DNA from: Escherichia virus TH22
DNA length: 64,000 nt
Strand: one strand, 5' to 3'
Sequence record: MT446396.1
A program made the translations under genes and the position numbers. Positions within the stretch are counted from its first letter, which is position 1; every line of letters starts with the position of its first letter. Positions 44,641-53,341 of the stretch are shown piece after piece. Under the pieces are notes generated by a model, which saw only the letters and a program-made list of their open reading frames with translations, made no database searches and was not told where the DNA came from.

Positions 44641-45319
44641 TGATGCTATTATTGACTTTGAAACTCTGGGAAACGGCTCGAAGGGAGCCGTTATTGACCT
44701 GGCTCTGATTACATTCGAATCTGACCCTGCTATTGTGGAATCATTCGAAACCCTGGTTAATCGCGGCAAACGTATCAAGTTTAGCCTTGAATACCAAAAA
44801 GGTAAGCGTCTGTTCGATACAACAACCATGGGTTGGTGGAAAAAGCAATCAGCAGAAGCCCGTGTTAACTTGGCTCCTTCTGCGCAAGATGTTGATACTC
44901 TGACCGGTATCCAACAGGCAATTGATTATCTGAATGGTAATGGAATTAACAAATACGAAAGCCTTATGTGGTGTCGTGGAATGTCTTTTGACTTCCCGTT
45001 GTTTGTTGACCTTATCCGTGACCTACAGCGCAATGAGGGTATTCCCGAGCGTGAATTGAATACCTATGGCCTGGAGCCGGTTGTATTCTGGAACCAGCGA
45101 GATATCAGGACAGCAATCGAAGCCCTATCACTCGTCCGTAAGATGTGTGAAACTCCATTACCAAAGGGGACTTTAGATGGATTTGTGGCGCATGATTCGG
45201 TGCATGACTGCGCGAAAGATATTTTGATGCTTAAGTACGCCCAGCGCTATGCTCTTGGTTTAGATGAAGTTCCTTCCGAAGAAGATGCAGACCCGTTATC
45301 TTTACCGAAAAAACGATAA
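44636..45319 (+). CDS. dexA: exonuclease A (DnaQ/DEDD-like)
   Basis: 227 aa; exo I motif IIDFETLG, C-terminal HDSVHDC; downstream of dda as in T4. Confidence 0.8.
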   Translation: MIDAIIDFETLGNGSKGAVIDLALITFESDPAIVESFETLVNRGKRIKFSLEYQKGKRLFDTTTMGWWKKQSAEARVNLAPSAQDVDTLTGIQQAIDYLNGNGINKYESLMWCRGMSFDFPLFVDLIRDLQRNEGIPERELNTYGLEPVVFWNQRDIRTAIEALSLVRKMCETPLPKGTLDGFVAHDSVHDCAKDILMLKYAQRYALGLDEVPSEEDADPLSLPKKR

Positions 45320-45325
45320 AAAGTA

Positions 45326-45386
45326 GTGTACAAGGCCAATGGAAAGAGACATAATCATCTCATCAACTACTGATGAGGATAACAAA
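45326..45386 (+). promoter_or_regulatory. early promoter with family-A leader
   Basis: GTGTACA, CATAAT, CTCATCAACTACTGATGAGG. Confidence 0.5.
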
Positions 45387-45644
45387 ATGATTACTTCTTT
45401 TGAAATTGGCCAACAATATGAAATGTCTGCTCTTCAAGCTGCTGAAGCAGGTCTGACTGAAGCGTTTGAATGTGCATTTACAAATATTCGTGGTAAAATC
45501 TTTACTGTCAATAAAATTGCGGTATATGATAAAGAAACAGACATGAACAAAGGCATCTACCTGAACGTGTCAAACGCCAAAGGTCGTCGTGAAATTATGG
45601 TTGTACAACCTAATCAACTGGCGATGTTCAATAAGGTTGCATAA
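45387..45644 (+). CDS. hypothetical protein
   Basis: 85 aa from ATG after family-A leader. Confidence 0.35.
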   Translation: MITSFEIGQQYEMSALQAAEAGLTEAFECAFTNIRGKIFTVNKIAVYDKETDMNKGIYLNVSNAKGRREIMVVQPNQLAMFNKVA

Positions 45645-46396
45645 TGAAACCAGAATTTATTGACTTTGATGTTGTAAGTATGTATGTTCGCCCAATTAAA
45701 CCATTAAAACTTGAGAAACAAAATATGACTATTGAAATTAACAAAACTTATCATCTGGTTAAACCTATTACTCAAAACGCAGCTATGATTTCTGGGTATA
45801 ATACTCTGGCTGATGCTTTAGGTGAAGGTGAATTTATTGTTGAAACTTTTGTAAAAAGTAACTGGTTTTATAACGCATATATTCTGCATGCACGTCGCCT
45901 TGATACTAATGAAGTAGAAAAAATTATTGTTTATGAAGCTGAGATTGAGCTCTTCAAGGAAGTTGAAGAAACTCCTATCAAAGTTGGCAAAATCTATCAA
46001 CTTGTTGGATATGGTGATTTTGATAATACTAATGCATTGAATGCCGGTTGGCGCGTACTGAAAGGTATTTTTGGATTTGCTCCATTTACCGTTAAAACAG
46101 TTAAGTACCACAATCACCAAAGCATCTTTGAATTTACTGCGGTCAATGAATCAGGTGACAATCTTGAAGCTATCCTTTATCCGCGTGAATCTGTACTGCT
46201 GGAAGAAGTTAGCGAACTGGGTGACCCTATTGACTTGTTATGTAAACCAGTTCAAATCAAACGCCCATTTAACAGTTCCATTTGTGGTTGGGTAACAGAC
46301 CAGTGGATTGAAGATGGCGTTGAACTCCTGAACGTTGTTCATGCTGGTGAATTTACTGTTGTTCCACGTTCCATGGTTGTTGAAATTTTTAATTAA
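45644..46396 (+). CDS. hypothetical protein
   Basis: 250 aa; C-terminal about 40 aa paralogous to that of 46475..46966. Confidence 0.4.
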   Translation: MKPEFIDFDVVSMYVRPIKPLKLEKQNMTIEINKTYHLVKPITQNAAMISGYNTLADALGEGEFIVETFVKSNWFYNAYILHARRLDTNEVEKIIVYEAEIELFKEVEETPIKVGKIYQLVGYGDFDNTNALNAGWRVLKGIFGFAPFTVKTVKYHNHQSIFEFTAVNESGDNLEAILYPRESVLLEEVSELGDPIDLLCKPVQIKRPFNSSICGWVTDQWIEDGVELLNVVHAGEFTVVPRSMVVEIFN

Positions 46397-46402
46397 ATTT
46401 AA

Positions 46403-46474
46403 GTGTACAAACTCTTGGGGTCAGAGTATAATGACCCCACTGGAGAATAAACTTATTAACCAAGAGAGAAAATT
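46403..46474 (+). promoter_or_regulatory. PeSL-type cassette (family C)
   Basis: GTGTACAAACTCTTGGGGTCAGAGTATAATGACCCCACTGGAG; 43 nt identical to 57280..57322. Confidence 0.6.
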
Positions 46475-46966
46475 ATGAAAGTTGAAGCTGGTGATATTGT
46501 ACGTGTTTCTAAAGAATCTCGTTCTAAAGCTGCTGGTCGTTTTGTTGAGGTTGTGGGTCTTCGCACTAATTTAGTAGGTGGAATTAAAGAAGTTAAAGTG
46601 CGTATTATTCCTAAAAATGGTCAGACTGAAACTCAATTGGCTTATGTGCATCCTAAATTCCTGGAATCAACCGAATTTACTGGGTACATCGCTCCTGTGA
46701 CCGAAGAAGTTGAAACCATTGACCAGTCTCATGTTGGGGTTGATTTTAAATGGAAATTGGGCAAAGGTGTCTTTTTTGTTTCACCTAAACCGTTTGAATA
46801 TGTTGACGAACCTTTTGGTACTTATGAAACCACTAGCATGTCTGGTTACATCACAGACCAGTGGGTTGAAGAAGGCGTTAAGCTCTATAACATTGTGTTC
46901 CTTGGAACCTTTAAGGTGGTTCCTGAAAGCTTTATCGTTGAGTATGCTGATATTCATCGTGCCTAA
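46475..46966 (+). CDS. hypothetical protein
   Basis: 163 aa; shares C-terminal module with upstream ORF. Confidence 0.4.
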   Translation: MKVEAGDIVRVSKESRSKAAGRFVEVVGLRTNLVGGIKEVKVRIIPKNGQTETQLAYVHPKFLESTEFTGYIAPVTEEVETIDQSHVGVDFKWKLGKGVFFVSPKPFEYVDEPFGTYETTSMSGYITDQWVEEGVKLYNIVFLGTFKVVPESFIVEYADIHRA

Positions 46967-47014
46967 ATTATAAAAATGATAGGGTAATTTTGCCCTATCA
47001 ATGAGGAGAATATT

Positions 47015-47239
47015 ATGTTTAATGAAGATTGTGTGACCACTTCCCTGACCGCTGAAGAGTTTTGGGACACTGCTGAAAGTGATAAAGTGATTGTGAAGAA
47101 AAACATCAATGAATTTCTTTGCACCACTGATATCATTTATGTGTATGCAGACAAAGACGCAGAATTACCTAGCTATGCGCTGTTCCGCGAAGAATCAGAA
47201 GATGGTACAGATTTTTGGAAGGAGATTTATAATGTCTAA
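47015..47239 (+). CDS. hypothetical acidic protein
   Basis: 74-aa ORF. Confidence 0.3.
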   Translation: MFNEDCVTTSLTAEEFWDTAESDKVIVKKNINEFLCTTDIIYVYADKDAELPSYALFREESEDGTDFWKEIYNV

Positions 47240-47603
47240 ATTTGAAACTGATAAGTGGTATTATTTTAAAGATAATGTTGCTGAAAGCAGATTCCGTTTG
47301 TTATGCACAGATAATGATAATATAGCCAATGCTATAATCAATGGCGAGGGATTTAGACCAGTCAGAATTGAAGATGGTGATGTGTATAAAATGGAATTAT
47401 CAACTGGTGAATTTGTGAGTCTATTCATAAAGGAAGACGAATTCCGTTTCTTTGAAGAAGAAAAAGATGACGATACTGAAGATGAATGCGAAGACGCAGC
47501 TACATCTGAACCAAGCGAATTCCCTTTGACTAAAATCACCATTTCTAATAACTCTGAAGCCTGGACCGTTTACCAGATGTTGAAAGCACACTTTAAGGAA
47601 TAA
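47232..47603 (+). CDS. hypothetical protein with poly-acidic segment
   Basis: 123 aa from ATG with GGAG SD; EEEKDDDTEDECEDAATSE stretch. Confidence 0.35.
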   Translation: MSKFETDKWYYFKDNVAESRFRLLCTDNDNIANAIINGEGFRPVRIEDGDVYKMELSTGEFVSLFIKEDEFRFFEEEKDDDTEDECEDAATSEPSEFPLTKITISNNSEAWTVYQMLKAHFKE

Positions 47604-47604
47604 C

Positions 47605-47781
47605 ATGCCACTTTATGATTACAAATGCCAATCTGATGACTGCGCGAAAGAATACGAAAAAATCAAGAAAATCTCTGAAAGAGATAATGATGTTTGTCCT
47701 GATTGTCATCGGCTGGCTGTTCGGTTAGTCTCGGCTCCCAAACATGTTAATGGCGGTTTTTACGACCTGCTGACTAAGTGA
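47605..47781 (+). CDS. FmdB-like zinc-ribbon protein
   Basis: 58 aa: MPLYDYKCQSDDC...VCPDCH; below track cutoff. Confidence 0.45.
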   Translation: MPLYDYKCQSDDCAKEYEKIKKISERDNDVCPDCHRLAVRLVSAPKHVNGGFYDLLTK

Positions 47782-47787
47782 GAAATT

Positions 47788-48048
47788 ATGAAATACATTA
47801 ATCGTTCTATTGCTGCGCTGGTTCTGGCAGTTTCATTAGCTGGTTGTACTGATGCAGATAACGCCATTCGTGTATTAGATGCAAACGGCTATGAGCAAAT
47901 CCAAATCACCGGATATAATTGGTTCTCTTGTGGTAAAGATGATTTCCAACACACAGGCTTTACGGCCGTGGGTCCAACTGGTAAGAAAGTTGAAGGAACT
48001 GTTTGTTCTGGTTTGTTGTTCAAGAATTCAACCATCCGATTTGAATGA
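47788..48048 (+). CDS. putative lipoprotein
   Basis: signal peptide with lipobox SLAGC. Confidence 0.45.
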   Translation: MKYINRSIAALVLAVSLAGCTDADNAIRVLDANGYEQIQITGYNWFSCGKDDFQHTGFTAVGPTGKKVEGTVCSGLLFKNSTIRFE

Positions 48049-48055
48049 GGATATT

Positions 48056-48460
48056 ATGTTTAAAATTGGAAAGAGTTATTGCATTAAAGATTTAGATGGC
48101 TTCCTTAAACATGTCGGTATGCCCGGTTGCATTTTGAACCAGCAAGGAACCTCTATTATTGATTTGATTACTACCAAAGAGTTTTCAGTCACCAAGATGG
48201 AAGCAAATGTTGTGACGGAATTTAGTACTATCGATGGAACTGGATTTTCTTTCCATAGTCGTAATGGAACCGGTCTTATTTTTGGTGATGAATTTAAATA
48301 TTTTGAAGAAGCTCCGGTAAAGGAATGTGATTCTGAAATAACCGAACAGGAATCAAAAGAGGATATCGTTGTTACCGGTGGCGATGTTATTATTACGGTT
48401 AAAACTGAAGCCGGTCGCCTACAAGCTATTAAAATGTTAGAGCAGCTTCGATTCAAATAA
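48056..48460 (+). CDS. hypothetical protein
   Basis: 134 aa from internal ATG of track ORF 47879..48460. Confidence 0.35.
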   Translation: MFKIGKSYCIKDLDGFLKHVGMPGCILNQQGTSIIDLITTKEFSVTKMEANVVTEFSTIDGTGFSFHSRNGTGLIFGDEFKYFEEAPVKECDSEITEQESKEDIVVTGGDVIITVKTEAGRLQAIKMLEQLRFK

Positions 48461-48480
48461 AAGGCCTTCGGGCCTTTTTG
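48461..48480 (+). terminator. intrinsic terminator
   Basis: AGGCCTTCGGGCCT hairpin + TTTT. Confidence 0.7.
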
Positions 48481-48525
48481 CTTTAAAATATGTGACTTAT
48501 AATACCTCCATACACAAGAGGAAAG

Positions 48526-50358
48526 ATGATGATTAATAATGAAATTAAAGTACTCTCGGACGTCGAGCATATCAAAAAACGTTCCGGGATGTATATTGGT
48601 TCCAGTTCAAATGAAGCGCATGAGCGATTCTTGTTTGGTGAATATAAGTCCGTAAGCTATGTTCCTGGTATTGTAAAACTGATTGATGAAATTATTGATA
48701 ACTCTGTTGATGAAGCAATTCGCACCAGTTTTAAATTTGCCAATAAAATTGATGTTCAAATTAAAGACAATCAGATTTCGGTTTCTGATAATGGCCGTGG
48801 TATTCCACAAGCAATGGTTACAGACCAAAACGGTGAACAAATCCCTGGCCCTGTTGCAGCATGGACTATTCCAAAAGCAGGTGGCAACTTCGGTGATGAT
48901 GCTGAACGTAAAACTGGCGGGATGAATGGCGTCGGGTCTTCTCTGACCAATATTTTCTCTGTATTGTTCACCGGGATTACCGCTGATGGTGCAAATGAAA
49001 TCACCGTTAACTGCTCCAATGGTATGGAAAACAAAGGTTGGTCTACCAAGAAATCTAAGGGTAAAGGTACAACTGTTATTTTTGTTCCGGACTTCAGTCA
49101 CTTTGAAGAAAATAGTCTGTCCCAGATTTATCTGGATATTACATTGGACCGTCTGCAGACTCTTGCGGTTGTTTATCCGGATATTCAGTTTACCTTTAAT
49201 GGTAAAAAGGTTGATGGCAATTTCAAGAAGTTCGCCAAGCAATTCGGAACCGAAGTTGTTATCCAGGAAACTGATACAGTATCGATGGCCTTTACGACTA
49301 GCCCGGATGGTTTCCGCCAGTTGACTTATGTCAACAACATTCATACAAAGAATGGTGGGCACCACGTTGAATGTGTTATGGATGATATCTGTGAACATCT
49401 TCAGCCAGCCATTAAACGCAAATATAAAGGCATTGAGGTGACAAAGGCACGAGTTAAAGAATGCCTCACCATGCTTATGTTCATCCGCGATATGAGCAAC
49501 ATGCGATTTGATTCCCAGACTAAGGAGCGATTGACTTCTCCGGCTGGTGAAATTCGAAATCACATTAAGATTGATGCCAAGAAAATCGCACAAGCTATTC
49601 TGAAAAATGAACCGCTGATTATGCCGATTGTTGAAGCTGCATTAGCCCGTAAATTGGCTGCAGAGAAAGCAGCAGAGACCAAGGCGAATAAGAAAGCTTC
49701 AAAGGCCAAGGTGCAAAAGCATATCAAGGCTAACGAATGGGGCAATGATAAGCTGGAAACGACTCTGTTCCTGACCGAAGGTGATTCTGCAACCGGTCCA
49801 TTTATCAAGGTCCGCGACCGTGAATTACAAGGTGCTTATCCGTTACGTGGTAAGTTCAAAAACACATGGGGTCTGAAAGCTGTTGACGTTATGAAGAACG
49901 CCGAAGCCTTTGATGTTTGTGCGATTACTGGTTTAACGATTGGACAACCGGCCGAGAATATGAATTACCGAAACATTGCTATCATGACAGATGCGGATGT
50001 GGATGGTGTTGGTAGTATCTATCCATCGTTATTGGCGTTTTTCAGTAACTGGCCGGAGCTGTTCCATGAAGGGCGAATTCGCTTTGTGAAAACTCCTGTT
50101 ATTATTGCGCAGCTCAAAGATAAACAAGAATGGTTTTATTCTCTTCCTGATTATGAAGAAGCTAAGGATAAACTTCCGAAGCATACTATCAGATATATAA
50201 AGGGACTTGGTTCTCTGGAAGATGCCGAGTACAAACGCGTATTGCTCGAACCGGTATTCGAAGTTGTTCAATTGCCCGACAACTGGAAAGAACTGTTCGA
50301 AATGCTCTTCGGTAAAGATTCCCAGCAGCGTAAAGATTGGATGAATGCAACACTATAA
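48526..50358 (+). CDS. 39: DNA topoisomerase II large subunit (GyrB-like), fused 39+60 type
   Basis: 610 aa; GHKL ATPase and TOPRIM; single uninterrupted ORF covering the part T4 encodes separately as gene 60. Confidence 0.9.
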   Translation: MMINNEIKVLSDVEHIKKRSGMYIGSSSNEAHERFLFGEYKSVSYVPGIVKLIDEIIDNSVDEAIRTSFKFANKIDVQIKDNQISVSDNGRGIPQAMVTDQNGEQIPGPVAAWTIPKAGGNFGDDAERKTGGMNGVGSSLTNIFSVLFTGITADGANEITVNCSNGMENKGWSTKKSKGKGTTVIFVPDFSHFEENSLSQIYLDITLDRLQTLAVVYPDIQFTFNGKKVDGNFKKFAKQFGTEVVIQETDTVSMAFTTSPDGFRQLTYVNNIHTKNGGHHVECVMDDICEHLQPAIKRKYKGIEVTKARVKECLTMLMFIRDMSNMRFDSQTKERLTSPAGEIRNHIKIDAKKIAQAILKNEPLIMPIVEAALARKLAAEKAAETKANKKASKAKVQKHIKANEWGNDKLETTLFLTEGDSATGPFIKVRDRELQGAYPLRGKFKNTWGLKAVDVMKNAEAFDVCAITGLTIGQPAENMNYRNIAIMTDADVDGVGSIYPSLLAFFSNWPELFHEGRIRFVKTPVIIAQLKDKQEWFYSLPDYEEAKDKLPKHTIRYIKGLGSLEDAEYKRVLLEPVFEVVQLPDNWKELFEMLFGKDSQQRKDWMNATL

Positions 50359-50361
50359 ATA
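50354..50361 (+). promoter_or_regulatory. T4-type late promoter core TATAAATA
   Basis: exact TATAAATA followed by perfect 16-bp palindrome GGGAGAATATTCTCCC (50367-50382) and SD. Confidence 0.4.
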
Positions 50362-50400
50362 GATGTGGGAGAATATTCTCCCGTCTTATAGGAGAAGTCC

Positions 50401-50553
50401 ATGAAAAAGTGGTGGGTTACGTTGTCAAATGGCGAATACGGTTATCTGTGGGCCGAGACTAAACCTCTGTTTGCATCCTTTGTCACCATTATGTGCGAGA
50501 CCTGGGATGGTGAATACTATACCGCATATGGGCAAGTCTATAAAGTTGAGTAG
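50401..50553 (+). CDS. hypothetical small Trp/Tyr-rich protein
   Basis: 50 aa; AGGAGAAG SD; followed by terminator; below track cutoff. Confidence 0.3.
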   Translation: MKKWWVTLSNGEYGYLWAETKPLFASFVTIMCETWDGEYYTAYGQVYKVE

Positions 50554-50557
50554 CCAA

Positions 50558-50580
50558 AAGGACCTTCGGGTCCTTTTTTA
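50558..50580 (+). terminator. intrinsic terminator
   Basis: AGGACCTTCGGGTCCT hairpin + TTTTT. Confidence 0.7.
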
Positions 50581-50629
50581 TTATGTACAAGCCACAAAAA
50601 TTGTGTTAAGATATCCTTGAGGTGAACAT

Positions 50630-50914
50630 ATGATTATGTCTGACGGAAGTTTAGTTAATCTGCAGAATGTTGCACGTTGTATTATGGAAGCTGGTCTGAG
50701 GAAGGTACAGGAACTCCCAGATAGCGACAGGAAGCGAAGTTACTTGTTGGCTGTAAGAACAGCAGCCATGAGCATTAAGGCTGGTCAGAAGGTCCCTGAG
50801 GAGCGAATTGAAGCACTCCTTGCATTGATATACCATGGCCAAGAACATAAAGCTACCATGCGTAGTATGAGAAAAATATTGCAGGAGATTGGAAATGACA
50901 AACTTCAAAGTTAA
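50630..50914 (+). CDS. hypothetical protein
   Basis: 94-aa ORF. Confidence 0.35.
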   Translation: MIMSDGSLVNLQNVARCIMEAGLRKVQELPDSDRKRSYLLAVRTAAMSIKAGQKVPEERIEALLALIYHGQEHKATMRSMRKILQEIGNDKLQS

Positions 50915-51098
50915 TATGGAACTGTTTGATAAAGCTGTCCATAAAGAATACCGTGTTATCCAACGATTTTTTGATATAAGAGAAGCTGAAGAGTTTAAAG
51001 AACGCTTCAAAGAAATCCGTATTAAAATAGCTTCAGACACCGCAACAAAGGATGAACTTCTTGAAGTTGCAGAATTAATCAAACGTAACATAAAGTGA
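50895..51098 (+). CDS. hypothetical protein
   Basis: 67 aa from ATG with GGAG SD. Confidence 0.3.
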   Translation: MTNFKVNMELFDKAVHKEYRVIQRFFDIREAEEFKERFKEIRIKIASDTATKDELLEVAELIKRNIK

Positions 51099-51105
51099 GA
51101 AAAAC

Positions 51106-53340
51106 ATGATTTTAGAAACTGAAAAGGAAACAATCCTTGGTAATGGTGCCAAGGCATCAGCATTCACAATCCAGGCATCTCCAAAGGTGTTTAAGATTCT
51201 GACCAGTGACCTTTATACAAATAAGGTGCGCGCGGTTGTTCGTGAGCTGATTACCAATATGATTGATGCTCATATGCTCAATGGTTGTCAGGATAAATTC
51301 ATTGTTCAAGCTCCTGGTGAACTGGACCCACGCTTTGTGTGTCGTGACTTTGGTCCAGGTATGAGTGATTTCCAGATTCGTGGTGATGAAAACACTCCAG
51401 GTCTGTATAACAGTTTCTTTGCATCATCCAAGGCCGAATCTAATGATTTTATTGGTGGCTTTGGTTTGGGCTCTAAATCTCCGTTCAGTTATACAGAGAC
51501 GTTTAGCCTGATTTCGTATCATGATGGTCAAGTTAATGGTTATGTCGCTTATATGGACGGCGATGGTCCACAGATTAAGCCAACCTTTAGCGAACCAATG
51601 AAACCTGGCGACCGCACAGGGATTGAAGTTGTTGTCCCGGTTGATAGTAATGATTTTGGTAAGTTCCGCCACGAGATTGCATATATCATGCGCCCATTTG
51701 CTGGACTGGCTGAAGTACAAGGCGTAGGCGAAATTAATTATTTCCCGGAATTTGATGATTATTATGCTCCAGAGCGTATTAATTATAGCAGTCCAGAACG
51801 TTATGGGCTTTATGCAATTTACGGTGGAATTGTTTATCCAATTGCTGACGGTTATACAAAGAAAACCTGGATGACTGCCAAAAATGATGTTGTCTTTATT
51901 AAGTTCCCGATGGGTTCGTTGGATATTGCACCTTCTCGCGAAGCATTATCACTGGACAAACGTACTGTAGCAAATATCGTTGAACGTATTGAATCGCTTG
52001 ATAAGAAGGTCATGGAAGATGATTGTAAGAAATGGCAGGAAACAGAATGTATCCGCCATACGTATCGCGAATTGCAGAGTCTGAGTTATGAAGCTCGTAA
52101 TTTTCTGAAAGCTCGTAATGCTGAAACGAAATTTACGAAATCGCAATTGACCTTTAACCAGATGTACGAAATGTTCGAGCTGGATAAAGACCTTATTAAT
52201 GCCGGGGTTGTCTATGATATCTATAGCACTACCCGTCTGAAACGTCTGCGCAACTCAAGCTCGAACACGAATACTGCAAGTCTGACGAGCATGTTTGGTA
52301 TTCAGAATAATACCTTGAACATTGTTATTGACGATGCTAAAGGGCGAATTGCGATGATTCGTGGTATCAGTTCAATGCTATATGACACCAGCGCGAAAGC
52401 CAAAAAGCTCAAAGCATCTGGTAAAGTCCCGACTGTACAAGGTAGTAGTCTATTGTTCGTTGACCCAACCAGCGAAATTCAAACATGTCTGATGGTTCAA
52501 CTTCAAGAACGATTTAAAGGCGATACAGTTAATATCTATCGTACGTCTGAACTGACCGCCCTTGTAAAAGACTGGATTCCGGTTGCTGACCCGAAAGCGC
52601 GCGTTAAGTCAAAGACTCCATCATTGATTCGTTGGACTAAAACTAATGGCAAATGGCAGTCTGTTGAAGAATTTACATGTGCAGCTGATGCAGAGGAAAT
52701 CGATGGTTATGCTGTATTCATTAACCGCAGTAGCATTTCCCCGTTGAATCAAGAATATGGCACCACGACCTTCGGGACCCAGACATTGTGTAAACTGGCA
52801 AACCTGTTGGAAATCAATGAATTCTGTGTTATTCGTCCACAGCTTCAGAAAAAGATTACCAAGCTGGCGCAGTGTGATTGTCTGATTGAAGCTGCAGTCA
52901 ATCGTTATGTGGAATTGATTGATGCGGTTGATGCGGACCAGTACATTGCCGCTTCAAGCCGTTCACGTTATTATATTCCTATCCTGTCTGAATATGCAGA
53001 ACTGAATTTTATGTTCAAGTATTTTTATGCAAAAGATGTTCAGAAAGATGTGAATACTGACTATGCCGAACTAATGCAGTTCAATAAGTTCTTTGCTTAT
53101 AACGCATATAACAGTGGAACAGTTGATAAGACCATGCAGGAAACTCTGGTCCTTTGTAATAAGATTTATGACGACCTGACCAAAAACGCTTCGGTAACAA
53201 GCGATAAAATGGTTTTTGAATTTGAAAAGAATCACCCGATTGTTTCACACTTTTTATATAACCGTAACGCCATGTCAACTGAACAAGTACAGAACGTTGC
53301 TCAAATCATGAAGGCCGTGGAAGCGGCCAATAAGGAATAA
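51106..53340 (+). CDS. rIIA: rIIA (membrane-associated lysis-inhibition/exclusion protein, GHKL-like N-domain)
   Basis: 744 aa; N-terminal 300 aa near-collinear with T4 rIIA (TEKETILGNG..., RAVVRELITNMIDAH, GGFGLGSKSPF). Confidence 0.95.
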   Translation: MILETEKETILGNGAKASAFTIQASPKVFKILTSDLYTNKVRAVVRELITNMIDAHMLNGCQDKFIVQAPGELDPRFVCRDFGPGMSDFQIRGDENTPGLYNSFFASSKAESNDFIGGFGLGSKSPFSYTETFSLISYHDGQVNGYVAYMDGDGPQIKPTFSEPMKPGDRTGIEVVVPVDSNDFGKFRHEIAYIMRPFAGLAEVQGVGEINYFPEFDDYYAPERINYSSPERYGLYAIYGGIVYPIADGYTKKTWMTAKNDVVFIKFPMGSLDIAPSREALSLDKRTVANIVERIESLDKKVMEDDCKKWQETECIRHTYRELQSLSYEARNFLKARNAETKFTKSQLTFNQMYEMFELDKDLINAGVVYDIYSTTRLKRLRNSSSNTNTASLTSMFGIQNNTLNIVIDDAKGRIAMIRGISSMLYDTSAKAKKLKASGKVPTVQGSSLLFVDPTSEIQTCLMVQLQERFKGDTVNIYRTSELTALVKDWIPVADPKARVKSKTPSLIRWTKTNGKWQSVEEFTCAADAEEIDGYAVFINRSSISPLNQEYGTTTFGTQTLCKLANLLEINEFCVIRPQLQKKITKLAQCDCLIEAAVNRYVELIDAVDADQYIAASSRSRYYIPILSEYAELNFMFKYFYAKDVQKDVNTDYAELMQFNKFFAYNAYNSGTVDKTMQETLVLCNKIYDDLTKNASVTSDKMVFEFEKNHPIVSHFLYNRNAMSTEQVQNVAQIMKAVEAANKE

Positions 53341-53341
53341 T

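Noticed and set aside
48607-49593. 328-aa - strand ORF inside the topoisomerase gene 39
   Set aside because: Antisense to a highly conserved coding region; no independent start signals.
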